A stretch of 56,861 bases of DNA, the filler included, from Thelocarpon superellum (taxonomy: Eukaryota): the NCBI GenBank assembly GCA_026025795.1. It is 3 parts of 3 records of this genome, joined end to end, with 100 filler letters (N's around TTAATTAATTAA, not from the genome) between each part and the next. Parts side by side here need not be neighbours in the genome. Positions count along the whole stretch, not along the records: positions 38,172 to 56,861 come from JAPEUG010000358.1; 2 more parts are not named here. One strand, 5' to 3'. The notes under the pieces are model-generated. The model saw only the letters and a list, made by a program, of their open reading frames with translations, was not told where the DNA came from and ran no database searches. This document shows positions 39,129 through 53,171 of the stretch, one piece after another (position 1 is the first letter of the stretch; each line of letters opens with the position of its first letter). Made by a program: the position numbers and the translations under genes.

Positions 39129-39586
39129 GTACTGTACCGGTCCGGATCTGAGCCAGTGTAGTCAGAATAGGACCACTCGTACTTTCATGCCGGGACAGAA
39201 CATCGCAACACACCCGGTCCTGGCGTTGGGGACGTGGACGTGGACGTGGACGTGGACACTGAGCGCTTGATGTGAGCTAACACGGATCTGCAGACTGCAG
39301 ACTGGTAGACTGCAGACGGCAGCAGTCAAGCGAAAGCCTCACGGCTCTAGCGGAGTGCCAAGCTTTTCAGGGTCAGCCAAGGGCACGAAAGCCATACGGA
39401 GTGGACGGAGCATTCGCATGCAAGGTGGAGTAACATCCCTACCATGTTCCTCCACCGCTGCTAGAAGTAACGTACGAGTGGGACGGTCAAATTGCGAGTC
39501 CGCTGACCCTGTTTCCATTCTTCCAACTTCACAATTGCCCTGGCCCAGCATTCCCGGTGAGCGTGAGCGTGAGCGTGAGCGCGAGC

Positions 39587-41143
39587 ATGAGCAAGCTTCA
39601 GGTTCCCGACCGCACCAAGATTTCATCGAACATGGCCGCCACCAAAGCGGTCATTCTGGTGGGTGCTTGCTCGCTACCTTCGGGAAGACCGGGGGCCGGT
39701 TGATGCTCATCCATCTGGCTAGGTTGGTGGTCCGTCGCGGGGAACGAGATTTCGACCGCTGTCGCTCGACGTGCCCAAGGTGAGTAAGAGTGACGCTTTC
39801 CTTTCCTGGGATAGGCCGCCGTGGGGCGTCATCGTCGTGGTGGAATGGTAGCTCATGGCTCGTGGCTCATGCCTGACCTCATACACAGCCGCTCTTCGAC
39901 GTTGCGGGGCACCCGATCATCTGGCATTGTTTGACGGCCATCGCCAAGGTCGCCGCCATCCGTGAGGTCATCCTCGTCGGCTACTACGATGAGACGGTCT
40001 TCCGCGACCTGATCAAGGACTCGAGCAAGGAGTTTCCCAAGATCACCATCAAATATCTTCGCGAGTACCAAGCGCTCGGCACCGCCGGCGGACTGTACCA
40101 TTTCCGCGATGCCATCCTCAAGGGCCGGCCCGAACGCTTCTTCGTGCTCAACGCCGACGTGTGCTGCTCCTTCCCGCTCAACGACATGATCCAATTCTTC
40201 GAGGAGAAGGATGCCGAGGCCGTCATCATGGGCACGCGCGTCAGCAACGACGCGGCCAGCAACTTTGGATGCCTGGTCTCGGACCCGCACACGAGCCGCG
40301 TCTTGCATTACGTGGAGAAGCCGGAGTCGCACATTTCGAATCTGATCAACTGTGGCGTGTACCTCTTCTCCACCGAATGCATCTTCCCCGCCATTCGGAG
40401 CGCCATCAAGCGTCGCGCCGATCGGCCGCGGATGATCTCCTATCCCTCGTCGGAGAATCTGGACTCCTCCTATGCCGCCGAGCGCGACGAGGATGGCGAG
40501 AAGAACGAAGTGCTCCGCCTGGAGCAGGACATTCTCAGCGATCTAGCGGACAGCAAAGAGTTCTTCGTCTACGAGACCAAGGATTTTTGGCGACAGATCA
40601 AAACGGCCGGCTCCGCCATCCCCGCCAACGCGCTGTACCTTCAAAAGGCCTTCCAGTCGCAGTCGGACGAGCTGGCCGCGCCTTCGGCCACGGTCGTGCC
40701 GCCGGTCTTTGTCCATCCCACGGCGACGGTCGATCCGACGGCCAAGCTGGGCCCCAACGTCTCCATCGGTCCTCGCGCCGTCGTCGGGGCCGGGGCGCGA
40801 GTGAAGGAGTCCATTGTGCTGGAGGATGCGGAGATCAAGCACGACGCCTGCGTGCTCTACTCCATCATCGGCTGGAACAGTCGGGTCGGTGCCTGGGCGC
40901 GCGTGGAGGGTACACCGACCCCGGTGGGCAGCCACACGACGAGCATCATCAAAAACGGGGTCAAGGTGCAGAGCATCACCATCCTCGGCAAGGAGTGCGG
41001 GGTGGGTGATGAGGTTCGCGTGCAGAACTGCATCTGCCTGCCCTACAAAACCCTGAAGCGGGTGAGTGGCCTTTGGGTTCAGTTTGCCGCACCGGCCGTC
41101 TCGCTGACTGGGACAGGATGTCACCAACGAAGTGATCATGTGA
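39587..41143 (+). CDS. Mannose-1-phosphate guanylyltransferase alpha (GMPPA-like); 4 exons
   Basis: KAVIL|VGGPSRGTRFRPLSLDVPK|PLFDVAG, LGTAGGLYHFRD, FVLNADVCCSFPL and a left-handed beta-helix C-terminus. The in-frame upstream ATG at 39587 was taken as start. Confidence 0.95.
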
Positions 41144-42832
41144 GGCCGTCGCCACTGCCGCTGCCACTGCCATCTAGTCTCGCATCTTTCTCTTACTTCT
41201 CGCTCGCTCTCCCTTCACTACTAGCATTGGCCCCGGTGGGCCCGGCAGACGCCGATGTAGACGCAGACGCAGACGCAGACGGAGACGGTGTCTGATGGAT
41301 GGACGACAGGGAAGGAGACAGACAGCATTAGTAAGAGATTCAAAAGTACCGAAAGTTGCGTGTGAATGGCTTTCCCTAGTGTCCATTCAACCGGCTCAAC
41401 CAACACCTTTCCTGGTGTCCTGTCCATTGCGACCTGCCCGGCGCTTCGACGAGACTCGCATCGCCGGTGCCGATCTCATCCGCCGGCTCGTACAGGGATC
41501 CGAGCTAAGGAGAGCTCTGCTCCTGCACGCTAGGGAAGAGAGCGTAAGGGTAACACACAAGAAGGTGGTGTGATGGTAGGATGGAGGCGGTGAAAAAGTG
41601 CCTTTGAAGTGGCCAACAGAACGCTTTCCACATGCAGATCACTCTCTCCGTCGCCCATGGCTAGACTTGGGAATGATGAAATGCACAAAGTAAATGTCCG
41701 ACTCCTGCGCAGCGAGGAACGATCTAGTCATCTAACATTTAGATTGAACAGTACTGAAAATAGTGAAGGATGATGATCTGGGGTCTGCATTTCTTTGGGT
41801 AGACAAGCAAGAATCGAGATCAAAAGCACTGGCTCGCGCCTGAAATAACAAGATGTAGGAGCGCGCACGTGACCAAGTCACGTGCCCACCCCTATTACAA
41901 TTCCGGCTACGCGTAGATTAGCAATTCAGCTCTGATTCCTACAAAGACATAAATCTCGTTAACGCTGGAGTGGCTCCCTAATCACGAGTACATCTCCAAG
42001 GTACATATCGGAGTGGCTCCTCGATCCATGACAAACGAGACCATTTGACAATTATCCAGGCTGCTCCTCGAATTTCGAATGTGATTCTAAATTACCAGGC
42101 TACCTCCTTCACTTACTACCTACCACATCCATGTGTCTTCGACTGTTATGCAAGCCAGATGATTTCTGCTCTTCTCACTACTTGAGGCTGTCAATGAAAA
42201 GTCGGTACGCAGGCCACGGGCTCACAAGTGGTGACCTTGGCAGGGCACTCTACGTTTGCTCTCCGAATCTCACTCAGGTTGTCGCCAAGCCAGGGGCGCC
42301 CCGACATCTTGGGCGATTCCCGTGTGTGGGATATATCGTGAGGCAAAACAGATTCTTGATTTCGGTCAAGATCTAAATGTGGAAAATGTCATATACATGA
42401 AGCGAGTGTGCTGGGGGGGTGGTGGGTGGCATCACTCCCACCCTCCGTTCTCCGTTCCCAGTCCCTCGGATCTTCCCGTCGATCCATCTTTCGCCGCGGA
42501 CCTCTCGCTTCTCCTTTCTCTCGTCTCCCCCCCTTCTGGCCTCTGCTCCGGACACGTCGACGCGTGGTCCATCCCCTTCCCGGATTTCCCACCCCATGCA
42601 ATGCAGTGCAAACTTCCCGCGATCCAGAAAAAGAGCCCGGGCGCTCATGCAGAAGTGTCGTGGCCAGGTGATCGCACTAGCCTGCTAGACGATCAATCTC
42701 CACCTGACCGGATCTGATGACGAATGAAGCGAAGATATGGCCGTCAATTGAATTTCTCCTCCACCCTCTTGCGTGGCACCTTCGAGGTGTTAAAGGCGAG
42801 AGAGGGAGGGAGGGAGCGATCGAGGTGGGTGA

Positions 42833-44086
42833 TCAAGAGAAGGAGCACGACCCCCGTGCATTCCCATTCCAGCCTCGGACCCGATTGGCAATGTCGCTGA
42901 CGTAGGACGAGGTGGCGCCCTCGGCCCCGCTAAGATTGGAGGGGTCGACGGAGCCCGAGTTGTACTTGCGCAGGGCCACGTAGACGTTGCCGCCCGTGCT
43001 GGCGTCGTTGAGAATCTGCACCAGGCCACCGCCGGCTGCCGTGCCTTGCGTGCCGTCCTTGATCATCTGCGTGACGGACGAGCTGGGGCTGGAGGCGTCA
43101 AAGGACACGGAGCCCGTGAAGGCTTGCATCAAGCCGCAGTTCTCGATCCCGTTGTTCGTGCATGGCACGTGGACGTTGCCCGTGGACTGGGAACGGTTAG
43201 ACGGTGAAGCGGAAGATGGAATCGAGTCGCGATGGGCTCACCTCTTGCATGACGACGGCCAAGATCAGGCGCGCATCGACCTTGGACGCCGATGAGATGG
43301 ACAGGATGGAATCGTGAATCATCTGCTGGATGTTCTGGGCTTCGTTGACGGCCAGGGACGGCTGGTTGACCGTGAACATGTCCTCGAACCCCATCCAGTC
43401 GGAGTAGGACGGGAAGCTGCTGGCGGGTCCACTGATGCACTTGTAGCTGTCGGGGTTACCCCCAGCCGCGCCGCTGGACGGATCGGACGTGAAAAAGGCC
43501 AAAGCTCCGCTGGCGGTGACGGACGGGCCGCCGTTGCCAGCGGCATCAGAAGCGGATTCCTGCGTAGTACTGGCCGGGCTTGAGCTTGGGGGTGCCGAGG
43601 GTGCCGGTGGTGACGCGGCAGCCACGGCGTTGACCGCTCCCGCCGCGGGGGCGCCGGCCGGAGCACTAGGGGCGGGACTCGCAGGGGCACTCGGCGGAGC
43701 AGCAGGCGGCGCAGGTGGGGCAGCAGGCGGCGCAGGTATGGCAGCAGGCGGCGCAGGTGGGGCAGCAGGCGGGGCCGCTGGGGGGGCCGGGGGCGGGGCG
43801 GGCGCGGCAGCAGCTGGGGCACTCGTCGGAGCAGTCGTGGCGCCAGGGGTGACGGTGACAGTGGTGACAACTACGACCGTGTCCTCGACCAATTCGTCAA
43901 CGGTCGTGATCGCTCCACTCTGGCTCGTAGCATAAGCTGTCTCGGAGGTGAAGACCTGCGTTGCGATGGGCATCGCGGCGGCCAGCGCCAGGAAGTGCAC
44001 CACGGCAAGGATCTGTAGCATACATCAGCACAATGCTCATCACCGTCCACCGCTCGCCCAACGAAACCTACCAGATACATCAACAT
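42833..44086 (-). CDS. Secreted protein: signal peptide, Pro/Ala-rich linker, C-terminal lysozyme-like/SLT (GH23-like) domain; 3 exons (44086-44072, 44012-43242, 43186-42833)
   Basis: Hydrophobic N-terminus (ILAVVHFLALAAA-MP). Lysozyme-superfamily motifs VDARLILAVVMQES, GLMQ, ALRKYNSG and YVSDIANR. Confidence 0.8.
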
Positions 44087-46536
44087 CGTCAGGTTGAAGG
44101 TCGACGTTCCAGCGAGAAAATGAATGGGTAATGGGCAGGGATCAAGTGATCAAATGAATGAATGAACGTCGGGAGATGTACTCCAAGGAATGAAGACAGG
44201 GTGGTAGGGACCGTGACGCACCGCGATGGCGCTGAAGCTGGAGCTGGTGCTTGACCGAGGCAACGAGGGGGAAGATTCTGCCGCAAGCCACTCCTTCTTA
44301 TACCGACCCGAGGGGTGACCCCTCGAGCACGATGGCGGACATTTTCCGGTACGCGGCATGCTGCGACGTCCACGCCACGTTCCAATCATCGAGCGCGATA
44401 GCGCGTCGTCGGACCTGGCAGGCTAGAGTCGAGGGGTACAGCAAGGATGCTCTGCGCCCAGCAGAGCGGCGAACAAGCGCCCCCCCGCGCGCCCGCGGCC
44501 AACACCGACGCAGGCGACGATGCGCCATTGGAGGGATGGCATGCTGGCGCGGGAGAAGGACCGCCTCCCCTGGACAATCTTGTGCGGTTAGAGCTGGCGC
44601 TGTCGCCTTCTGGAGGGGCCCCCTTCCGGACGACCTCCTGAGGCGAACAGATTCGTACTTCACGTTAGCCCTAAAGATGACGGATGAAACGTAGGGTGGA
44701 GGGGTCCATCGAACGTCCGGGGCGCCCCTGAACGCTGACTGGTGCGCGGGCGGTGCTTCAGCGGCGCGCTTCGAAGCGAATCACACCGCGTCGACGCCTC
44801 GTCTCCGCCGGCCAGCGTTGGCGTAGCGAGTGTTGGCGACGCGATGAGGTAAGGCGGAAGTCTCCAGCGCTCGGCAGGGCGCCTCTCGGCCAACGAACAG
44901 TCGAGCCGGCTCCACGAACCATCACCCTCAGCTCGGTCGAGAGTCGGTGAAGGCACGGCATAAACGTGAGACGGCATCCTTCCTGCCAGGGTCGATCTGT
45001 CCAGAGCGCTGTCCGCGTGCGGAGTACCGCTTCCCGCCCCGCAGCTGCCCACGAGTGCATGAACGGAGAAACCTCGTGCATCCTTACAAGACTGGCACTA
45101 CGACGTGGACGCTGGCGATCTCGGCGCACGATTCACGGCAAGGGCCGAGTTCCTCGGTCTTCTCCAGGCTAGGCCCGCGCACGCAAGGGGACCCGGCCTC
45201 GAGCCTCGACACCCGACACGCAAAACTCGAAACTCGAGGGCTCAGACCTGCAGTTGCAACATCGAGGCCACGTACCCGGGAGAGCTTTGTCTCCGTCGAC
45301 ATGTTGCACACTGACAAGCGTCAGCTTACTCGGGGTATATTGGTGTGTCGCGTAAGAGAGACAATCCTGCCGACCGTGATACGACGTGGTGGTGGTATAC
45401 TCGCACAAGTTCTGTGCGCTCCGCCTGGCTCTGTATCAGAGCGTGGGAATGCAGAGGGCGGGTGGAGACCAAGTGCGCTTACCATAACTTGGTTTGTACA
45501 GCAGGAGACCTCCGCCGCGTCGCAACTCTCTTCAACCGTCTCTTCCTCCTGGTCTGCCTGCATTCGTGTACAACATTCCTATTGCAATTTACTCCTAGCA
45601 AATGATCATGCCAAGCTGGATATTGTTGGGGGCTGGCCGCCAGGGCGAGGGCACCCGGCGGCCTGCGGATGAGGAGAATGGATCGTCTTCACCATGGCTC
45701 ACAGCCTCCCTCGCGATGGTAAGCAAGTGTGATCCTTCCAGCCATTCATACCAGACGGAGCCATCTTTGAAGATTCATCTCCTGCGCCGTGAAGCATTTG
45801 TCGCCCTCATCTTTCACTGGTCTCATCCTTCTACAAACCCTGCCTTGAATAGATTAGAGACGTTCGTGGCCATGGGGGAGTGGAGATGAGGTCACTTTCT
45901 CAAACATCCCTAGGCCTATTGTCTAGTTGCAACAGGTACAGGGATGTTTGACCGAGACGCCTGGTAATACGAGCTATAGGACTGGCCCTGGGGACGATGC
46001 GAAGTACGACTGGGGTTTACCTCTTACGCGTATTGGTTGGGGCAGTGAAATGAACTGTGCGACGCTTACTCACCCGGGGTGCGAGTTGTTTATCGTTAGA
46101 TGAAGTGAGCTACCTCCGTGTCGTTTCGATCGACGAGTATGTGAGATGGGGAAATGAGAAGTAAGTCGTCGACCAAGGTCGTGCCTCGATCTCATCTCTG
46201 CATCACCGGCGTCACTTCGCGTGGCGGAACAGATCGTTTCAGGGTCTACGGGCAGCGAGACGTCGGCGGAAACGAAGCCAGAAAGTCTCGTCGATCGATC
46301 GATCGATCCATCAATCAATCTACCCTCTTCGCTTCCATCTATGCCGCCTGCCTATCTGTACAGTGTATGCCGAGTCCGGAGCGCCGTGTGCCACCTAGTA
46401 AATATGCCAAGTCCAGCAATGCCGGATCAACGCAACGGTCATCCCGCCCAAGACAGGAGCCGGTGCAGAGAGAGTAGAGACGTATGTGGTGGAACGCGCG
46501 GAGAGGGGTCCTTGCGATGGATGCCGGGAGAAGATG

Positions 46537-47242
46537 CTATGCGAGTGACGGTACTTTGTTGCCTTCCACCGATTGAGGAGGTGGTGGCGGGACCTGAGGG
46601 GGTCAAACGGGTCAGTCAAGGGCCTTGACATGGGACCAGGGTCGAAGTGGGAGTGTCCACATACATCTAACCGCGTGTTCTCGGCCATCATCCGCTGGAA
46701 GCCAATGCCCACGCCCTCGATCACGGCTAAAAGGACGGCGCATCCAATGGCGGAATTGCGCGCCGCCTTGACGCCACCTCGAACCGCGAGCGCGCCGCCA
46801 GTGAAGAAACCCGCGATGACTATCAGGTGAGGGGAACGTCAACATCTCTGATCGGCATCGGGGGATGCGGGGACAAGACGTACTCGCATTGTAAGGGTCC
46901 TCCTTCTTTCGTACCCCCTTGACCGCACAGTCGAATGTCGAAAAGAGCCCACCCCAGACACCAAAATTGCCCCCCAAGACCGGCGCCCGAGCCTTGATCG
47001 CCGTGAGTGCCCCGATCCTCCGTTCCCCGTAGGGACTGTTCCGGAACCCTTTCACTCCATGCCATACCGCGCCGCCGATGGCCTAAATCCAGGTGCATGT
47101 CAGCGGCGAGCATCCGACCGAGACGCTTGGAGCGGGTAGCTCGATCCGCACGGCGAACACGGAGATGACTGACCCCCATACAGAAAGCACCACCAAAATC
47201 ACTGAGGGCCACCCATGGACACGGATCGCGCGAGTGATCCAT
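46537..47242 (-). CDS. TIM17: Mitochondrial inner membrane translocase subunit Tim17; 4 exons
   Basis: [64 protein letters not shown]. Confidence 0.97.
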
Positions 47243-47946
47243 CCCGGACCGACTCGGACCTCCGCGACGTCGTCGAGGTGGAGATGTGCGCCCGTCGAGA
47301 TTCGAGGATGTCGTGCTCAGCGACTGTAGGCGTCGTGGGAATCGTCTCCACAGACTGTGTCAGGCGGGTCCGAGTTCGCGTACAAATGCTCTGGGTGCGC
47401 CTGAGCTTGACTTGCGCTCACGCATGCGCTTCTTCGTAGATGGGTGATGAGTCCAGCGGTATTGCGAGGCATCCGTCGTGCTTGACGCCTTGACACGAAT
47501 CGGTGATCTGCCCGAAACGAAAAGTGCCAAACGGTCGAGATGATGCGTTTGTCGAACGTCGCCAACTTTTTCCGGGCCGTTGATTGGCCGATGGGAAACA
47601 GAGTTTCATCTCAACCACTCGCCGCTCGTGACGCCCGTGGCAGACGCGAGTCGCGACGTGGGCCAGATTATGACACGATCCATGCATCAGGTTGCGTCGA
47701 TACGTTTCTGAGTATCTCATTTATATCGCCCCGGCTCCAGCGCTCAGCCATGTCAGCTTGTGCATGGTCGTCGCATCAGGCAGTACTGGTCCTGTTGAGA
47801 CGGCCGGGCAATCACGGAGCATTATTGACGAGACTCGAGTGAACTGGCCCATGTTTACTTTCGATTGACTCAGGGCTCCTCCCGACCAGGATGTAGTATG
47901 CAAGACGGCCCGTGAACTATGAACATGCCCCGTTCCCGCAGAAGTC

Positions 47947-48792
47947 CTAGCCAAGCTGAATCTTCTTCCGCCGCCCTTTCTCATCGAGATACTGCAGAGC
48001 CTCTCCGTACAGCAGTCTCAGCCGGGGCGCGACGTGTGCAGCGTGATCCGGCGCCAGCAGGGGATGGTCATCGGGCGGACCGCCCGCGTGCTGAGAGGAT
48101 GACTGGAATGGGCCGTCAGTCGCATGCTGCTCGGATGACTCGAGATGCCACTCCGTTGCGTCGCCGTCCTTCGCAGACTCGTCCGCGAGGTGGACGCGAG
48201 AGGCCTCGGCGCGGCCAGGTCTTTCCACACGGGAGCCACCAGCGCCCTCGATGGATGCAGGTACGGGCGACGAGGGCGTGATCAGCGAGGCGGCGGCATC
48301 AAGGAGCAGGGCGATCGCATCTTCGTCGACGATCGACGCCGACGATGCACGAGAGCCGCGTGAAGTCGGCGCGGACGCCTCGAGCGTGAGATCAGAAGAG
48401 TCTCGCGTGATTACCTCACGGGCTTCGGCTTCGGTTCGGAGTCCGACCGGCGCGGTGTCTGCCGCCGGCCCGTCGTCGGGCTCGTCGGCCGACGCAGCCA
48501 GCGAGGGACGACGAGCTCGCGGCGCCCGACGAGCTCTCCGACGCCCTCGCGGCGGCTCAGGCTCGGGCGCAGGCGCCGGAGGAGCAGCAACTCTCGCAGT
48601 CGTCCACCCAATGTCACCCTGGTTGATGAGATGACTACCGTCGCTGCCGCGGTCGAGGAAGCAAGGGGCACAGATGGACCATCCGCACGCCGTGCAGCGC
48701 TGCAGGGTGCTGCGGTTGCGCTGGTTGCACAGATCGCATTTTGCGGTGTGGATGTGGATTTCGGTGAAGTCGGTGTGGAGGGTTCGTGCCAT
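47947..48792 (-). CDS. Hypothetical protein with N-terminal Cys-rich putative zinc finger and disordered tail
   Basis: Long ORF with AKCDLC-x9-CTAC-GWSI-CAPC...H near the start. Confidence 0.6.
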   Translation of the reverse strand: MARTLHTDFTEIHIHTAKCDLCNQRNRSTLQRCTACGWSICAPCFLDRGSDGSHLINQGDIGWTTARVAAPPAPAPEPEPPRGRRRARRAPRARRPSLAASADEPDDGPAADTAPVGLRTEAEAREVITRDSSDLTLEASAPTSRGSRASSASIVDEDAIALLLDAAASLITPSSPVPASIEGAGGSRVERPGRAEASRVHLADESAKDGDATEWHLESSEQHATDGPFQSSSQHAGGPPDDHPLLAPDHAAHVAPRLRLLYGEALQYLDEKGRRKKIQLG

Positions 48793-49079
48793 CTTGTACC
48801 TTGCTCGCCTCTCGTTCGTCTGGTTCGTCCCGTTGCTTTGCTTGGTTTCGTTCTGGGTGGAAGATCTTGGAAGATGTAGGGTCCGTTGTCCCATCCTTGG
48901 AAACATCTATCGTGCGAGGGTCCTGCTACGGTCATGATACTCGCAGTCACTCACTGCACGTCAGTCACGAGCACAGAGAGTGCCGCCATTCGATCTCCCT
49001 CACCAGTGAATACCTCTCTCTACACGTGACGACTCTGCTCCCGCTCCCATCTCTATCACGTCTCACCATATCGCGCCCT

Positions 49080-50717
<1,638 letters not shown>

Positions 50718-51167
50718 GGTGGGCGCTGGACGTAAGGGCGTCTACCATGAGATGGCCACGATGGCTTCAACGATCCATGGACGTCACAATGGCGTCCAGT
50801 CAGTGATCAATGGCCAGTGGAACAAGGAACAATCTGTCGTTTGAGGGGGGACAGTGAAGCTATATCATTACCCCGAGCGAATAGGATAGTGCCTTCCGAC
50901 ATGCCATATGTGGTGCGGCACATTCGCTGAATCACTCATTGCGGGACCAGCAGACGATCCAAACGGCCGAGCCAAAGCTTCAGGACAGCATCCGGGAGCG
51001 TAAAATGGTGGGGCACGAGCATGACATCAGTTTTAGCGACGGTTAGACGACTTGGCCGGCCGCGGCTCGCATGTGAGCCTTTCACCATGTTACTGATTAT
51101 GTTACTAGGTCAGTGGGATGTTGCTCTCGTGCTGTACACACCCCTCAGCGAGCATCGCCTGCGCTCG

Positions 51168-52181
51168 CTATCCATAAAAGTTTCGGCCAACTTTATGCAG
51201 CAGATGCTCGCCATATATCTTCGGCGAGTATTTCGCGGTGCCTCCCGTCTGCTGCACGCAGACATCCAACGGTTCAATGCGAGCAGCAAAGTCGGGCTCG
51301 AAAAAGAAGGGCACGCTAACTCTCCAGTCGCTTCCCTGATGTACGACACGATGTCTGGTACTCTTCCACAAGCCATTGGTCCAGCGTTCCATCATGTCGC
51401 CAATGTTGACCACAAACGCGCCCGGCAGCGGATCGGCCGTGATCCACGCCCCCGATCGGTGCTGTACCTGCAGCGCGCCCTTGGTCTCGTCGGCTAGGAG
51501 AAAGGTGACGCAGCCGTAATCCGTATGTTCGCCACACGAAATGCCCAGCTCGCCATCCTCCATCCCCACCTCCAGCTTCGTCGCGCCCCGGGCCGGGGGC
51601 AGCGGCGGATACCCAATGATGCGCATGACCCAGAAGCTGGCGCGCGTGTGGTCGACGAAGACGTCGTCGTGTGCGGGATCAAGCGCGTGCCCCATCGCTC
51701 GCACCACGGCCTCGCCGAGGCCCAGGAGGGCGTGGATGTAGCGGCGATAGGTGTCTTCGAAGGTAGGTGGGGACGCAGGCCACCGGTTCGGCCCATGACA
51801 GAGTGTATAAGGTGGCGTAGGGCTATGGTGGACGTCGCGGTACAAGTCGATGGCTTCGTGCCAGTCTCGCTTTCCCGTCGTCACGTTCTCGCCGGCTTTC
51901 TGGTAGCCGCGGGCGCCGTCGCCCGTGCCAACACCAGCATCTTGGCGTGCGATGGACGCCTTTTCCGCCTCGGTGGCGGAGAGGAAGAAGGTGCGCGCGA
52001 GCGAGAGGATCTCGTCGGTCTGCGACCCCGGGATGCCGTGGTTCGTGAGGTAGAAGAAGCCCGTGTCACGACACGCAGAGGCGAGGGTTCGCGCACATTG
52101 CTGACGCTCACCTGGCGAGCTTTGCGAGTTGGGGAGGAACGGGCTAATGTCGATGATTGGCAGTGTCGCACCCACAGACAT
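51168..52181 (-). CDS. 2-oxoglutarate/Fe(II)-dependent dioxygenase (DIOX_N + 2OG-FeII_Oxy), intronless
   Basis: LPIIDIS, ACRDTGFFYLTNHGI, iron ligands HTD...H (STRHRV), RxS (RVSVPFF), VVNIGD. Confidence 0.93.
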   Translation of the reverse strand: MSVGATLPIIDISPFLPNSQSSPGERQQCARTLASACRDTGFFYLTNHGIPGSQTDEILSLARTFFLSATEAEKASIARQDAGVGTGDGARGYQKAGENVTTGKRDWHEAIDLYRDVHHSPTPPYTLCHGPNRWPASPPTFEDTYRRYIHALLGLGEAVVRAMGHALDPAHDDVFVDHTRASFWVMRIIGYPPLPPARGATKLEVGMEDGELGISCGEHTDYGCVTFLLADETKGALQVQHRSGAWITADPLPGAFVVNIGDMMERWTNGLWKSTRHRVVHQGSDWRVSVPFFFEPDFAARIEPLDVCVQQTGGTAKYSPKIYGEHLLHKVGRNFYG

Positions 52182-53171
52182 GTTCACACGAGCACACGAG
52201 CATACGAGCATACGAGCATGCGAGCACACGAGCACCCCGGGCACCTCGTGAGTCGCTGAGTGGCTCCACAACTTATCTTGTCCTTCTGAAGGGTGGAGAG
52301 GTGGAGGGGATTGAGTGAGGTCCATGTCGATGCTAAATCCGCTTTAACATCTCCACTCACTTCACGTAACGTGATGCACTACGGTGTCGAAGGACAACTT
52401 CAGACTGCCCTTGACCCCTGATCCAACGTCAGCACTAGATTGAAGGAATGCCAAGATATGTGTCATTTATACCTCCGATAGCCCACACTCTTCTATAAGT
52501 TGATGCTACGCTTCAAGGATGCATCGAGGCGGGGACGGCCACTCTGCAGCACCCTGATCACTTGCTCCCCCGCACAACACTCGCCCATCATCTATCGGCT
52601 GGGGACGATGATCCGGGAGAGCGCAGAGTCCGGGTGAGCGGAGCAGTCCTTGTCCGACCGCATGAGAGACAATGTAGCCGACAAGGACTCGGCTTCCCCA
52701 AAGGCAAGGGAACTCGAGGTTTTGTCGGAAAGCGCGATACGAAGTACTTCGTACGTGGACGAATCACGGGTTGCATCGTCCATCGTCCATCGTCAGCAGG
52801 TGATGCCGGCGACCAGCATCTGGGAGCAAGCATACCATGACCTACGCGGGGAAAAGAACCCTCTCGTTCGACGCCTTTGATTGTTTCTACTGCTCCCCGG
52901 GCCTGACGGCAGCGCCACCGAAGATCGTGTTGCCTCAACACGCCCTGTATCGGGAGAAGCAAATGTCCGCCTTGGTGACGGAGATACTCGGCCAGAGGAA
53001 ACAAAGGCAATGGAGGTTGAGCGTCCCCTCTAGTAGAGAACCGTGGTTATCATCATGGCACGGGGCGCCCGTAAGGGGTACAGAAAGATGGTCCGCCATT
53101 ACATGGTAGACTTGGGTGGTGTTCATGCAGATTGGTATTAGACGATCGACCATTTGAAGCCCTATCTGATT

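Noticed and set aside
39230..39590. Short hexamer repeats (GGACGT)n and (GTGAGC)n, also (GACGCA)n near 41260 and (ACGAGCAT/C)n near 52190
   Set aside because: Ordinary UTR microsatellites. There are no unique spacers, so this is not CRISPR-like.
41672..41757. Possible C/D box snoRNA (ATGATGA ... CTGA)
   Set aside because: No terminal stem and no recognisable rRNA-complementary guide. The boxes alone occur by chance.
20867..47242. Apparent mitochondrial gene cluster (CRD1, FLX1, TOM7, TIM17)
   Set aside because: It spans an artificial linker and is interspersed with unrelated genes, consistent with chance.
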